The notes beneath the pieces are model-generated. The model was not told the DNA's origin, made no database searches, and was given only the letters and a program-made list of their open reading frames with translations. Positions 37,308 through 48,400 of a stretch of 64,000 nucleotides of DNA are shown here, one piece after another (position 1 is the stretch's first letter; each line of letters starts with the position of its first letter). A program made the position numbers and the translations under genes. Location: positions 1,686-65,685 of the forward strand of contig JAKJFY010000001.1 of the NCBI GenBank assembly GCA_022704665.1. Direction: 5' to 3'. The DNA is from Spirochaetota bacterium (GTDB lineage: Bacteria; Spirochaetota; Spirochaetia; Treponematales; Rectinemataceae).

Positions 37308-39067
37308 CAGAAGGATTTGTCACCGCAGTAAATGGCAACATGGTTTCCATCCAAACCGAAGGGACTGTAACCATGAATGAAGTCGCTTATATCCTGGTAG
37401 GAGAAAGAAGGTTAAAAAGCGAGGTCATTCGTATCCGTGGCACTTCTGTTCAGGCCCAAGTCTACGAGATTACCAAAGGCATAAAGGTCGGGAATAGGGT
37501 AGAGTTCAGCGATGAGCTATTGTCTGTTGAGCTTGGACCAGGCCTTCTTGGGCAGATATATGATGGGCTTCAAAACCCTCTGCCAGAGATTGCCAATAAG
37601 GTAGGATATTTTCTGGAGCCAGGCTTCTATCTCAGGGCACTCCCTCGAGATATAAAGTGGCATTTTACTCCACTCTCAAAAAAGGGCGATGTCTTAAAGC
37701 GCGGAATGGGCATAGGCTGGGTTCCTGAACGATATTTTCGGCATATAATAATGATGCCTTTTGATTTATATGGAGAATGGAAAGTTGTAGAGATCGCGCC
37801 CGAAGGTGATTACACGATCGATGAGGCGATAGCGGAAGTTGCCGATTCGAAAGGAAACAAGAGAAATATCCGAATGAGTTTTTCCTGGCCTGTGAAGAGG
37901 GCTGTAGATTGCTATTCCGAGCGTCTTAAGCCTTCAGAGCCGCTTGTTACGAAAACTCGAATCATAGATACGTTTTTCCCGGTAGCAAAGGGTGGAACTT
38001 ACTGTATCCCTGGTCCTTTCGGAGCAGGGAAGACAGTCCTACAGCAGGTAACAAGTCGCCATGCCGAAGTCGACATTGTGCTCATAGCAGCATGCGGCGA
38101 GCGCGCGGGCGAGGTAGTAGAAACGCTCAAAGAGTTTCCCCAGATCATCGATCCAAAGACTGGGCGCTCTTTGATGGAACGGACTGTCATTATCTGCAAC
38201 ACTTCGTCTATGCCTGTTGCAGCTCGTGAAGCATCGGTCTATACGGCTGTGACTATTGCAGAATATTACCGGCAAATGGGCCTCGATGTGCTTCTGCTCG
38301 CTGATTCTACAAGCCGCTGGGCGCAGGCGATGCGTGAGATGTCCGGGCGCCTTGAAGAGATTCCTGGAGAAGAGGCTTTTCCAGCATATCTCGAGTCTGT
38401 TATAGCTGCATTCTATGAGCGTGCTGGTATCGTAAGGCTCTATAACGGAAAACTGGGATCTCTTACTATCGGAGGAACTGTGTCGCCAGCAGGCGGCAAC
38501 TTCGAAGAACCTGTGACGCAAGCGACACTCAAAGTCGTTGGAGCCTTTCATGGTCTCTCGCGCGAGCGGTCGGACGCGCGAAAATATCCTTCGATCCATC
38601 CTCTTGATTCCTGGTCAAAATATGACGGTATTATGCCCAGATCAGCTGTTCAGTATGCTCATTCTTTTTTGGAGCGCGGAGCCGAAATAAGCGCTATGAT
38701 GAAAGTTGTAGGCGAAGAGGGAACCAGCCTCGAGGATTATGTAATTTATCTAAAGAGCGAGTTTTTGGATGCGGTCTATTTGCAACAGAATTCCTTCGAT
38801 CCTGTCGATGCGGCGGTATCTCCGGCAAGACAAAAGCATGTGTTCAAACTGGTACTTAAGATACTTGCAGCCGATATAAGATTTTGCGACAAAGAAGAGG
38901 CGCGCAATTTTTTCTACGAGCTTCGTCAAACGATGCTCGATTTGAATGGTACACCGCAAGATAGCGATATGTTCGGCGCTCTGTACAATAGAGTAGATCA
39001 GGCTCTGGTCGATAGAGAGCCTGAGTTTGATAACCGGGGGCTTAGATTGATGAGCACGCTGGAGTAA
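37304..39067 (+). CDS. V/A-type ATPase subunit A
   Basis: ELGPGLL, PGPFGAGKT, CGERAGE, DSTSRWA. Confidence 0.97.
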   Translation: MTEGFVTAVNGNMVSIQTEGTVTMNEVAYILVGERRLKSEVIRIRGTSVQAQVYEITKGIKVGNRVEFSDELLSVELGPGLLGQIYDGLQNPLPEIANKVGYFLEPGFYLRALPRDIKWHFTPLSKKGDVLKRGMGIGWVPERYFRHIIMMPFDLYGEWKVVEIAPEGDYTIDEAIAEVADSKGNKRNIRMSFSWPVKRAVDCYSERLKPSEPLVTKTRIIDTFFPVAKGGTYCIPGPFGAGKTVLQQVTSRHAEVDIVLIAACGERAGEVVETLKEFPQIIDPKTGRSLMERTVIICNTSSMPVAAREASVYTAVTIAEYYRQMGLDVLLLADSTSRWAQAMREMSGRLEEIPGEEAFPAYLESVIAAFYERAGIVRLYNGKLGSLTIGGTVSPAGGNFEEPVTQATLKVVGAFHGLSRERSDARKYPSIHPLDSWSKYDGIMPRSAVQYAHSFLERGAEISAMMKVVGEEGTSLEDYVIYLKSEFLDAVYLQQNSFDPVDAAVSPARQKHVFKLVLKILAADIRFCDKEEARNFFYELRQTMLDLNGTPQDSDMFGALYNRVDQALVDREPEFDNRGLRLMSTLE

Positions 39068-39070
39068 GGC

Positions 39071-40369
39071 ATGAATAAGATATACTCGAGAATCGAATCA
39101 ATCGTAGGTAATGTCATTGCGGTAAAAGCGCAGGATATTGCTTATGGTGAGCTGGCGCAAGTAGATACTAGATATGGTGTTTCTCTTGCAGAGACGATCC
39201 GTCTAGATAGCGAGATGGTATATCTTCAAGTCTTTTCGGGCAGCCGCGGTATTTCAACAAGCGACGAGGTGCGCTTCTTGGGGCACCCAATGCAAGTGAG
39301 CTTTTCCGACGACCTTATGGGCAGAATTTTCGATGGAGCTGGAGAGCCGCGCGATAGAGGTCCAGCTCTGACTGAAAACCTTATAACTATAGCCGGACCA
39401 GCAGTAAACCCCTACCAGCGCATTATTCCGCGCGAGATGATAAGAACTGGTATTCCAATGATAGATGTGTTCAACACACTTGTCAAAAGCCAGAAACTTC
39501 CTATTTTTTCAGTCTCAGGAGAACCATACAATCCTCTTCTTGCTCGCATTGCGATGCAAGCTGAAGTAGACCTTATCATCCTGGGAGGCATGGGGCTCAA
39601 ATATGACGACTATCTTTTCTTCAAGGATACCCTTGAGCAGGGAGGTTCTTTGTCGAAAACGATAATGTTCGTGCATACCGCTGCCGATCCCATCGTAGAG
39701 TGTCTAATGGTGCCGGATATTTCGCTGGCAATTGCCGAGCGTTTTGCTCTCAAAGGCAAGAATGTTCTAGTTTTGCTGAGCGATATGACCAACTTTGCCG
39801 ATGCTCTTAAGGAAATCGCCATAACCCAAGAACAGGTGCCTTCGAATCGCGGTTATCCGGGTGATTTATATTCACAGCTCGCTGCGCGCTATGAAAAAGC
39901 CGTCGATTTTTCAGACGCTGGGTCTATCACTATTCTAGCGGTCACCACAATGCCCGGAGATGATATTACACATCCTATTCCAGACAATACAGGCTATATA
40001 ACCGAAGGCCAGTTCTATCTTCGAGGTGGGCACATCGAGCCTTTTGGCTCTCTGTCGCGACTGAAACAATTGGTCAACGCCAAAACCAGGGAAGATCATC
40101 GCTCTATCATGGATGCGATGATAAAACTTTTCGCCGCATATAGGGACACCCTAGAGAAGAAATCGATGGGTTTCCAGATGAGTGCTTGGGATCGCAAACT
40201 CCTCAAATATGGAGAGCTCTTTGAGCAGCGGATTATGGATTTGTCTGTGAATATTCCTCTAGAGAAGGCCCTTGATCTATGCTGGGAAACGTTGACTGAA
40301 TGCTTTGAGCCACGCGAAACAGGTCTTCGCTCAGATCTTATCCAGAAGTTTTGGATGGGAAAGAAATAA
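39071..40369 (+). CDS. V/A-type ATPase subunit B
   Basis: [30 protein letters not shown]. Confidence 0.97.
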   Translation: MNKIYSRIESIVGNVIAVKAQDIAYGELAQVDTRYGVSLAETIRLDSEMVYLQVFSGSRGISTSDEVRFLGHPMQVSFSDDLMGRIFDGAGEPRDRGPALTENLITIAGPAVNPYQRIIPREMIRTGIPMIDVFNTLVKSQKLPIFSVSGEPYNPLLARIAMQAEVDLIILGGMGLKYDDYLFFKDTLEQGGSLSKTIMFVHTAADPIVECLMVPDISLAIAERFALKGKNVLVLLSDMTNFADALKEIAITQEQVPSNRGYPGDLYSQLAARYEKAVDFSDAGSITILAVTTMPGDDITHPIPDNTGYITEGQFYLRGGHIEPFGSLSRLKQLVNAKTREDHRSIMDAMIKLFAAYRDTLEKKSMGFQMSAWDRKLLKYGELFEQRIMDLSVNIPLEKALDLCWETLTECFEPRETGLRSDLIQKFWMGKK

Positions 40370-40402
40370 TTAGAGCTAGCAAGAAGAGAAGGCAATAGAA
40401 AC

Positions 40403-41017
40403 ATGGGGAAGATCAAGCTGACAAAAAATGAGTTGAAAAAGAAGAGAGATGAGCTCAAGATGTATGAGCGCTATCTCCCAACGCTTCAACTCAAAAAACA
40501 GCAGCTACAAGTCGAAGTGCGCAGCGTCCAAACTCGCATGGAGGAGCTTCAAGCACAGAAAACAACGCTCGAGCAAGATGCATCCTCATGGATGGCAGTG
40601 TTTACAGAACAAAGCGCTGCACGGGCCCAGGAAGGTGAGCCTCTTTTGAAGGTTAGATCCATTAGTACCGATACTGGCAACATCGCGGGAGTCGCTATTC
40701 CCGTATTCCTTGGTGCAGAATTCGACCATAAGGATTATGATTTATATGTGACTCCTCTCTGGGTTGATGCTGCATTAAAGCTTCTAGAGCGGCTTGTTCG
40801 TACAAAAATAGAACTCGATATAGTCTCAAGGCAGAAAGAGCTGCTTTCACAAGAATTGCGAATTACAACTCAGCGGGTAAACCTCTTCGAAAAAGTGAAA
40901 ATTCCTGAGACAATCGCTAACATAAGAAAGATTCGTATTTATTTAGGCGATCAAGAAACTGCCCAGGTGGTTAGAGGCAAGATCGCAAAAAGAAAGGTAG
41001 AAGGAGCCGAACGATGA
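40403..41017 (+). CDS. V/A-type ATPase subunit D
   Basis: LPTLQLKK, TTQRVNLFEKVKIP. Confidence 0.95.
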   Translation: MGKIKLTKNELKKKRDELKMYERYLPTLQLKKQQLQVEVRSVQTRMEELQAQKTTLEQDASSWMAVFTEQSAARAQEGEPLLKVRSISTDTGNIAGVAIPVFLGAEFDHKDYDLYVTPLWVDAALKLLERLVRTKIELDIVSRQKELLSQELRITTQRVNLFEKVKIPETIANIRKIRIYLGDQETAQVVRGKIAKRKVEGAER

Positions 41018-42903
41018 TCGTACCTATGAAAAAATTCTACCTCATCGTGCTCCAGATAGATAGAGAAAACCTCCCCGAGCGACTTAGAAAACTCGGTGTT
41101 GCTCATGTAGAGGAGCTTCAGGGTATAGGAGGAAAATACCAAGATTTAGAGAGAGAAAAGGCAGAGGCTGAATCGGCATATTTTCTTCTTCAGAATTATA
41201 TCGACAAAAAATCCAAGCCAAGTAAAGCAGATGCTTCTATATCCCTGAAATCTGAAGAATACAAAGATGTCAGAGATATCATCCGTGAAATTTCCGCGGC
41301 TAAACAAAGGCTGGATTTATTGGAAGATCGCTCTATTGATCTAAAAAGAGAAATAGATAGAGTAGCGAGTTGGGGAGAAGTCTCGATGATAATGCTTGAG
41401 CGAGTTATCGAGAATGCAAATTTTTCTCTTCGATTTTTCGATGCACCGATGAAAGAGCTCACTGCACTGCCAGAAGAAACTGAGTATATAAGGATTTCTG
41501 CTCCAAAAGGTAGATGCAGGATAGGCCTCATTCTACACGAAGGGGAAGAAACACCAGAATTGCCACCATCCTTCTTAGAGTTTTTGCCACCAGAGATTCC
41601 TCTTTCGCAGATGCGAAAAGAGATTGCCTCTATCGAAAGCCAAAAACAGCAGATTCTGAGAGAATTTCGGGAAAAATCAGCAAATCTTACTCTTATAAAG
41701 AAATATTTGCATAAGCTTAATTCCAGCATAACCTTGGAACGGTTGCGATCGGGCATGCCGCAGCAAGAGAGTCTTGCCTATATGAAGGGATATGTTCCTG
41801 CTCGCGACTGCGAAAAATTCAAGAAGACTGCTGCGAAATATGGCTGGGCTATTGGCTTCGATGATCCAGTCGAGGAAGACCAGCCTCCAACTCTTGTGGA
41901 AAACCCGCCAGCAGTGCGAATAATCCAGCCCGTGTTCGAGTTTCTTGGAACCGTGCCGAATTATTGGGAGTATGACATATCGAGCTGGTTTTTAATATTT
42001 TTTTCTATTTTCTTTGCAATGATATTTGGAGACGCTAGTTATGGGACGATCATCGTTCTGGCCACTATCGCTACGATCATTGCAGGAAAAAGAAAAAGGA
42101 AGCCGATTGGCGATGCACAGAAGCTATTTCTTCTCTTGGGGAGTATAACTATCATCTGGGGTGCACTAACTGCCACATGGTTCGGTATAAGCTTCGACAA
42201 TCTTCCCAAATTGCTTCAGGATATATCTCTTCCTCTTATAAATGGTCAGTCTCCAGATTCCGAGAATAACATAAAGGTTCTTTGCTTTTCGATTGGCCTT
42301 ATTCAGCTTTCGATTGCTCACTTAAAGAATCTTAAGCGTGATTTCCCTGACCTCAAGTTTCTCTCGCAGGCTGGATCACTTTTGTTGCTTCTTGGCATGT
42401 TCAATGCTGCATTGAATTTGGTCATCGATGCAACTAGATTTCCAATTGGGAATTGGGCGATTATCTGTATCGCCATAGGCTTCTTCCTTGTATTCATATT
42501 TGGCAACTGGGATGGCAAGCTTGGTTCGAGTCTTCTGGAAAGTCTGAAGAATATTATTCCAACTTTTTTGGGAACCGTAAGCGTTTTTGCCGATATTGTC
42601 TCTTATATAAGACTTTGGGCTGTCGGACTTGCTGGGCTCGCTTTTTCTCAGACAGTAAACGGAATGGCCTCGGGAATGCTAGGTGGACCTTCGGGGATTT
42701 TTATTGGTTTTATATTGAAGTTGATTGTTGCAGCGGTGATTCTGGTGGCCGCTCATGCGCTCAATTTCATGCTTACAATTCTCTCGGTGATAGTGCATGG
42801 AATACGGCTCAATATGTTGGAGTTCTCCGGGCATCTCGGCATGGAGTGGTCCGGTTACAAATACGATCCGCTGAAAGAGGATGAGAATCTTTCTGCGTCT
42901 TAG
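41014..42903 (+). CDS. V/A-type ATPase subunit I (a)
   Basis: PPTLVEN, FFAMIFGDASYG, DIVSYIRLWAVGLA, HGIRLNMLEF. Confidence 0.95.
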   Translation: MIVPMKKFYLIVLQIDRENLPERLRKLGVAHVEELQGIGGKYQDLEREKAEAESAYFLLQNYIDKKSKPSKADASISLKSEEYKDVRDIIREISAAKQRLDLLEDRSIDLKREIDRVASWGEVSMIMLERVIENANFSLRFFDAPMKELTALPEETEYIRISAPKGRCRIGLILHEGEETPELPPSFLEFLPPEIPLSQMRKEIASIESQKQQILREFREKSANLTLIKKYLHKLNSSITLERLRSGMPQQESLAYMKGYVPARDCEKFKKTAAKYGWAIGFDDPVEEDQPPTLVENPPAVRIIQPVFEFLGTVPNYWEYDISSWFLIFFSIFFAMIFGDASYGTIIVLATIATIIAGKRKRKPIGDAQKLFLLLGSITIIWGALTATWFGISFDNLPKLLQDISLPLINGQSPDSENNIKVLCFSIGLIQLSIAHLKNLKRDFPDLKFLSQAGSLLLLLGMFNAALNLVIDATRFPIGNWAIICIAIGFFLVFIFGNWDGKLGSSLLESLKNIIPTFLGTVSVFADIVSYIRLWAVGLAGLAFSQTVNGMASGMLGGPSGIFIGFILKLIVAAVILVAAHALNFMLTILSVIVHGIRLNMLEFSGHLGMEWSGYKYDPLKEDENLSAS

Positions 42904-42929
42904 CAATCTACCCTTTAGGAGAGTGGTGT

Positions 42930-43352
42930 ATGAATATTGCATTGATTGGAGCCGCATGTGTGCTCGGCTTTGGTGCCATTGGTTCTGGCATTGGGGCAGG
43001 AATTGCTGGCATGGCAGCGATTGGATCCTGGAAACGTTCTTATTTAAATAATAAGGCAGCATCGTTCTTGCTCGTCGCCTTTGCTGGGGCTCCTCTGACT
43101 CAGACAATTTATAGCTTCATCTTGATGAGCAGAATCATCAACTCCACAAAGGACCCTCTGCTTTTGCTTGCTTCAGGAATCATGGCTGGAATCGCGGAAG
43201 GCATCTCAGCGGTCGCACAAGGAAAGGCAGCAGCTGCAGGCTGCGATGCATTTGGAGAGACTGGCAAAGGTTTTGCAAACTACATTATTGTGGTAGGATT
43301 GTGCGAAACCGTGGCCCTTTTCGTATTGGCTTTCAGTTTCAGCGCAATCTGA
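42930..43352 (+). CDS. V/A-type ATPase subunit K (c)
   Basis: Four TM; PLTQTIY, AQGK, LCETVALF. Confidence 0.95.
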   Translation: MNIALIGAACVLGFGAIGSGIGAGIAGMAAIGSWKRSYLNNKAASFLLVAFAGAPLTQTIYSFILMSRIINSTKDPLLLLASGIMAGIAEGISAVAQGKAAAAGCDAFGETGKGFANYIIVVGLCETVALFVLAFSFSAI

Positions 43353-43396
43353 TTTCTCGATAACATTATCAAGGTATTGAGAAGCGGCTTTAATAT

Positions 43397-44482
43397 ATGA
43401 AGGAAATCCTGACAGTAAAAGTGGGGGATGTGCTCTTGGGTGGCGAATGGCCGGTGCACATCCAGACCATGTGGAAGGATCCGCTCCCTAGATTTTTATC
43501 GGCCGAGGACCCTCAACTTTCGCCCATACTTACACGACTTTCTTCCCTTAAAAACCTCGGCTGCAGCATCATCCGGTTTGCGGTTCCCGACATAGAGGCA
43601 GCGGAATCGCTCGGCATACTTGCAGACCTTTCTCCGATGCCCATAGTCGCTGATATTCATTTCGATTGGCGTATAGCCCTCAGATGCATGGACTTCCCAA
43701 TAGCCAAGATCCGCATAAATCCTGGCAACATTGGCGCTGAATGGAAGGTTCGCGAAGTCGCGACAAAGGCCAAAGACAAGGGGATCCCTATTCGTATAGG
43801 TATCAATGCCGGTTCTTTGCCTAGAGATCTTGCTCAGGAACAAGATGTCGCAAGAGCCGCAATAAAAGCGGCAGAGCGTGAAATAGAGTTGCTCGATTCT
43901 ATGAGCTTCGATGATATCGTTGTATCGCTCAAGATGAATCACCCAGACGAAGTCGTGCGAGCCAATGAAGAGTTTTCCCTACGCTATCCTTACCCATTGC
44001 ATCTAGGCGTCACTGAGGCTGGTCCCCTTGTGGCAGGAATAGTCCGCAATACCGCGGCGCTCGTACCGCTTCTGAAAAAGGGCATAGGGGCTACGATCCG
44101 CGTATCTCTATCAGACAGCATGGAGCAGGAGATAATTGCTGGTAAAGAAATTCTTGCTTGCGCAGGAAAAGGCAAGCATGGAGTTAGGATTGTATCCTGC
44201 CCGCGCTGTGGAAGAGCATCTTTCGATACTTCTGCCTTTGTTTCTAGATGGATGAATCGCTTATATTTGCTAAACGCAGATATATCGGTTGCCGTTATGG
44301 GCTGCGTAGTAAATGGCCCAGGCGAAGCACGCCAAGCGGATCTAGGTATTACAGGAGCAGGCAATTCGGTGCTGATTTTCAAGCACGGTCAAATCATAAG
44401 GCGAGTTGAAAGAGAACAAGCTGATATCGCATTCGAAGAAGAACTCGAAGCACTGTTGAAAGACGAGATCGAATCCAACTAA
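43397..44482 (+). CDS. ispG: HMBPP synthase
   Basis: VADIHF, RINPGN, HLGVTEAG, SCPRCGR, VMGCVVNGPGE. Confidence 0.96.
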   Translation: MKEILTVKVGDVLLGGEWPVHIQTMWKDPLPRFLSAEDPQLSPILTRLSSLKNLGCSIIRFAVPDIEAAESLGILADLSPMPIVADIHFDWRIALRCMDFPIAKIRINPGNIGAEWKVREVATKAKDKGIPIRIGINAGSLPRDLAQEQDVARAAIKAAEREIELLDSMSFDDIVVSLKMNHPDEVVRANEEFSLRYPYPLHLGVTEAGPLVAGIVRNTAALVPLLKKGIGATIRVSLSDSMEQEIIAGKEILACAGKGKHGVRIVSCPRCGRASFDTSAFVSRWMNRLYLLNADISVAVMGCVVNGPGEARQADLGITGAGNSVLIFKHGQIIRRVEREQADIAFEEELEALLKDEIESN

Positions 44483-44535
44483 GAGCTAATGATGTTGTTG
44501 GCCAAAGATGTGTTGTATGCGCTTTTTTCTTCGAG

Positions 44536-44883
44536 TCATACGCTATTTTCTGTCATTTTCTCAGAGGAAGAATTCGATTCTGCATTGATTTGACAGATCA
44601 TCGCATCGATCAGATTTTTGATAAATGGATCGCAGATGGTATAGATGCGACGCGTTTTCTTTACTTCGGAAGTTACGATTCCATAATGCTTTAGAATCGC
44701 GAGGTGCTGAGATACTACCGGCTGCGGCTGATCAAGACAGCGCCAGATGTCGCCGACACAGGGTACTTCTTGATCCGCAATGAGGCAAAGAATCTTCAAA
44801 CGGATAGGATGCCCGATTGCCTTGAATTTCTGTGCATAAGGCGCAAGTTTTTCTTCATAGCATGATTTTGAGGTATAGTCCAT
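44536..44883 (-). CDS. ArsR/SmtB-family transcriptional regulator
   Basis: FKAIGHPIRLKILC, SQHLAILK..GIV. Confidence 0.9.
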   Translation of the reverse strand: MDYTSKSCYEEKLAPYAQKFKAIGHPIRLKILCLIADQEVPCVGDIWRCLDQPQPVVSQHLAILKHYGIVTSEVKKTRRIYTICDPFIKNLIDAMICQINAESNSSSEKMTENSV

Positions 44884-44988
44884 AATAAATATATTATATA
44901 GCAATTATTATAAAAACTCAAGTTGAAAAGCCCATAATGCATAACATGCAGGGCAGCTAGATAAATTCCAATATGCTACAACTTTTAT

Positions 44989-45390
44989 TCAAAATTTCAT
45001 CGTACGCTGTGCTTTTGCAACTAGCCTGCTGCCGGTCTTGGAATCGATATGATGAGGTTTTAGTATTTCATTAGTAATCAGAGAAGGCTCTCTTAGAAAT
45101 TGTTCTTCGGCGATACAGGTACATGGGGGAAAATCAGGAATGCCTCTCCCAAGGACAATCATTTTGCAACGGTTTAGTGGTACATAAAATCGGACTAGAG
45201 CTGCAAGCAATTGTTGATGCAAGGGGAAATCTTTTCCTCGAATGATGACTGCCTCAGGATTAAGATCGGTGAGATGGTCCAATGCTCTCAGAGGATCGCG
45301 ATAAGCTATTGAGGCAATGCCCTTTTGATGCAATTGCCTAAGGACAACGTCGGCAATCGATGTTTCTTCGATAAGAACTAGTACTAGCAT
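44989..45390 (-). CDS. Hypothetical protein, receiver-like fold
   Basis: MLVLVLIEE, YRDPLRALDHL..LNPEAVII..DFP pattern; divergent from mfd. Confidence 0.6.
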   Translation of the reverse strand: MLVLVLIEETSIADVVLRQLHQKGIASIAYRDPLRALDHLTDLNPEAVIIRGKDFPLHQQLLAALVRFYVPLNRCKMIVLGRGIPDFPPCTCIAEEQFLREPSLITNEILKPHHIDSKTGSRLVAKAQRTMKF

Positions 45391-45455
45391 GGTATCGTAA
45401 TTTCAGCACCCATAGATAAAACCCGCCAAAAGGGCTATACTCCGAGCTATCTTCA

Positions 45456-48400
45456 ATGACACAGCATACGATGAAAAAAGACAATCTGCAAGCGCTATTC
45501 GAAAAGATATCCAGAAATCCAGCGTTGGGAAGAATCCAAAGGCTAGTAGAGCAGAATTCCTTTCCTCTCCATATTCAGAATTCGGAGAATTCCTTGCTCG
45601 CTCTATCGCTTGCTTCCCTAGTAAGGCGGACCAAAAGAAAATGTCTTGTCGTTCTTCCCTCAGATCATGAAACAGAAGAGTTTTCTCAGGATCTCGCGCT
45701 TACAGGCATTGACCTCTTGACTTTTCCTTTATGGTTTGGAGCCCCTTATAGGGCTCTTCCTCCACGTTCTCGTATGTTTACAGAAAGGGCCTCTGCACTT
45801 GCAAGGCTTGCAGAAGGGGATTTTGAAATTGCTACTGTATCGGCGCGCACTCTTGCGATTCCAGTTCCACCATCAGAATACATTAGAAATCATATCCTGC
45901 CGTTAAAAGTTGGAGCAGATTTCGAACCCACCGTCATATCGAGCAAATTGGCGGAACTTGGATACTTGAGGGTACCTTCTGTGAGTCTGCCAGGCGAATA
46001 TGCCGTACGAGGTGAAGTGCTCGATATCTATATGCCTGGCTATGAATACGCAGTCCGTATCCATTTTGAGTATGATCGTATCGAAAGAATAGTCCGCTTC
46101 GATCCTGAGACACAAACAGGGCGTGAGAAGATTACCCAAATCAACGTGAGACCTCTCAAAGAACTCCTATGGGGTAAGGCTGAGATTGATCAGTTACAGA
46201 AGAATACTTCGGAATTTGTGCGGAATGATCCTCGTATTAGCCAGATCATAGAGATTCTTGGCAGTGGAAAAGAGATGCTAGGCGAAGAACTTTGGTTTCC
46301 GCTTGCATTTGATAGGATAAACAAACTAATGGATTATCTCGACAATAGGGCAATGCTTGTGCTGGTAGCCAGCGAACGCATCGATGCAATTTCTGAGACA
46401 TTAAGGAAAGAATATGCCTCAATGTATCGGATTGCGCTTCGAGAAATGCTTGTGCCACCGCCGCATAAGATTCGCATAAACCTGGATGGACTATCTGCTA
46501 CTTCCTCGTCTGTGCTGTTCTGCCATGCATTGAAAGGAATCGATGGTTCCACAGAGCGAATATCTTTAGAAGCTGAACCACCACATTCTTATTTTGGAAA
46601 TATAAAGCTCTTCAAAGAAGAACTGTCGGGTTTTGAAAAAGAAAACTATGAGACATGGATAATTGCTTCTACCGAGCCACAGGCAGAACGGATCAACTCA
46701 CTCATTCAGGATGATTCTATCATTATCTCTACAGGGCCTATTTCTGCTGGCTTTACTTTGCCATCACTCAAATTGCGAGTGCTCGCCGAGCATGAGCTCT
46801 TTGGCAGGCGGAAACATGTACCTCGCTCTATCGCCAAGACGAAGAGTGCTGTAATCGAGAGCTTTATAGAGCTGACCCCAGGCGATTATGTGGTTCATAC
46901 TAACTACGGCATAGGTAAGTTTGTAGGGATAGAGCGCCTGATAGTGCTTGGTCTTGAGAGAGATTATATCTGTATCGAATATGCAGGCGATGAAAAAATC
47001 TTCGTACCTATCGAGCAAGCTAATCTCGTGCAACGATATATCGGCAATGAAGGAGAAGCTCCACATCTCGACTCGGTTGGATCAAAAGTCTGGGAAAATA
47101 GAAAAAAAAGAGTCAGCAAATCGGTTGAGGAACTTGCAGAACGACTCATTAGGATTTACGCTCGTAGAAAAGCGGCACAGGGCTTTGCGTTTCCTTGCGA
47201 TAACGAATGGCAGATCCAATTTGAGGCAACATTCCCATACGAAGAAACCGAAGATCAGCTAAAATGTATAGAAGAGGTAAAGCGCGATATGGAGAACCCT
47301 AAGCCCATGGATAGATTAGTATGCGGTGATGTGGGCTTTGGGAAGACAGAGATCGCCATGCGGGCATGTTTCAAGGCCATCACGGCAGGTAAACAGGTTG
47401 CGTTCCTTGCTCCTACCACGATTCTGGCAGAACAACATTTCGAAAACCTTCTTGAGCGAATTGGAGACTTTCCAATAAAAGTAGCGCTACTCTCACGATT
47501 AGTCGATAGAAAGACGCAGAATGCTATTATCAAGGGATTGGCAGATGGAAGCATAGACATGGTAATTGGCACTCATAGGATTCTTCAAAAGGATGTCCGT
47601 TTCAAGGATCTAGGACTCCTCGTTGTCGATGAAGAACAGCGCTTTGGAGTGAAAGATAAAGAACGGCTAAAAGAGATGAAAGTCGGAATAGACTGCCTCA
47701 CTTTGACGGCTACCCCAATTCCACGTACCCTTCATATGTCGCTCCTCAAGATTCGAGATATGTCGGTTCTGCAGACTCCTCCGCTGGAGAGACAGCCAAT
47801 TCAGACTTTTGTAGAGGAATTCTCTCCCGAACTCGTCGCTCGTGCAATAAGAAATGAGATAGCAAGGGGCGGTCAGATATTCTACCTCCACAATCGCATT
47901 GAAACGTTACCTGAGGTAGAATACTTTATTAGACAGCTTGTTCCCGAAGCTCTAGTGGAGAGTGCCCATGGAAAGCTAGATGGCCAAGATCTAGAGTCTA
48001 TAATGCATCGCTTTATCCATGGAGCCTTTCATGTCCTTGTTTCTACTACTATCATAGAGAATGGCATAGATATCCCAAATGTAAATACTATAATTATTGA
48101 CAGATCAGATAGTTATGGCATTTCTCAGCTTTATCAGCTGAAGGGCAGGGTAGGAAGATCTGATAGACAAGCCTATGCTTATCTTCTCTACCCAGATAAG
48201 AGGGCTCTCAGCGAAATTGCAATGAAACGACTTCAGATAATATCCGATTTTACTGAACTCGGTTCTGGCTTCAAGATTGCTATGAAGGACCTCGAAGTGC
48301 GTGGTGCAGGGAATCTTCTAGGACGTGAACAATCGGGAAATATCTATGCGGTTGGTTTTGATCTATATTTGAAATTGCTAGATGATGCGGTATCTAGGCT

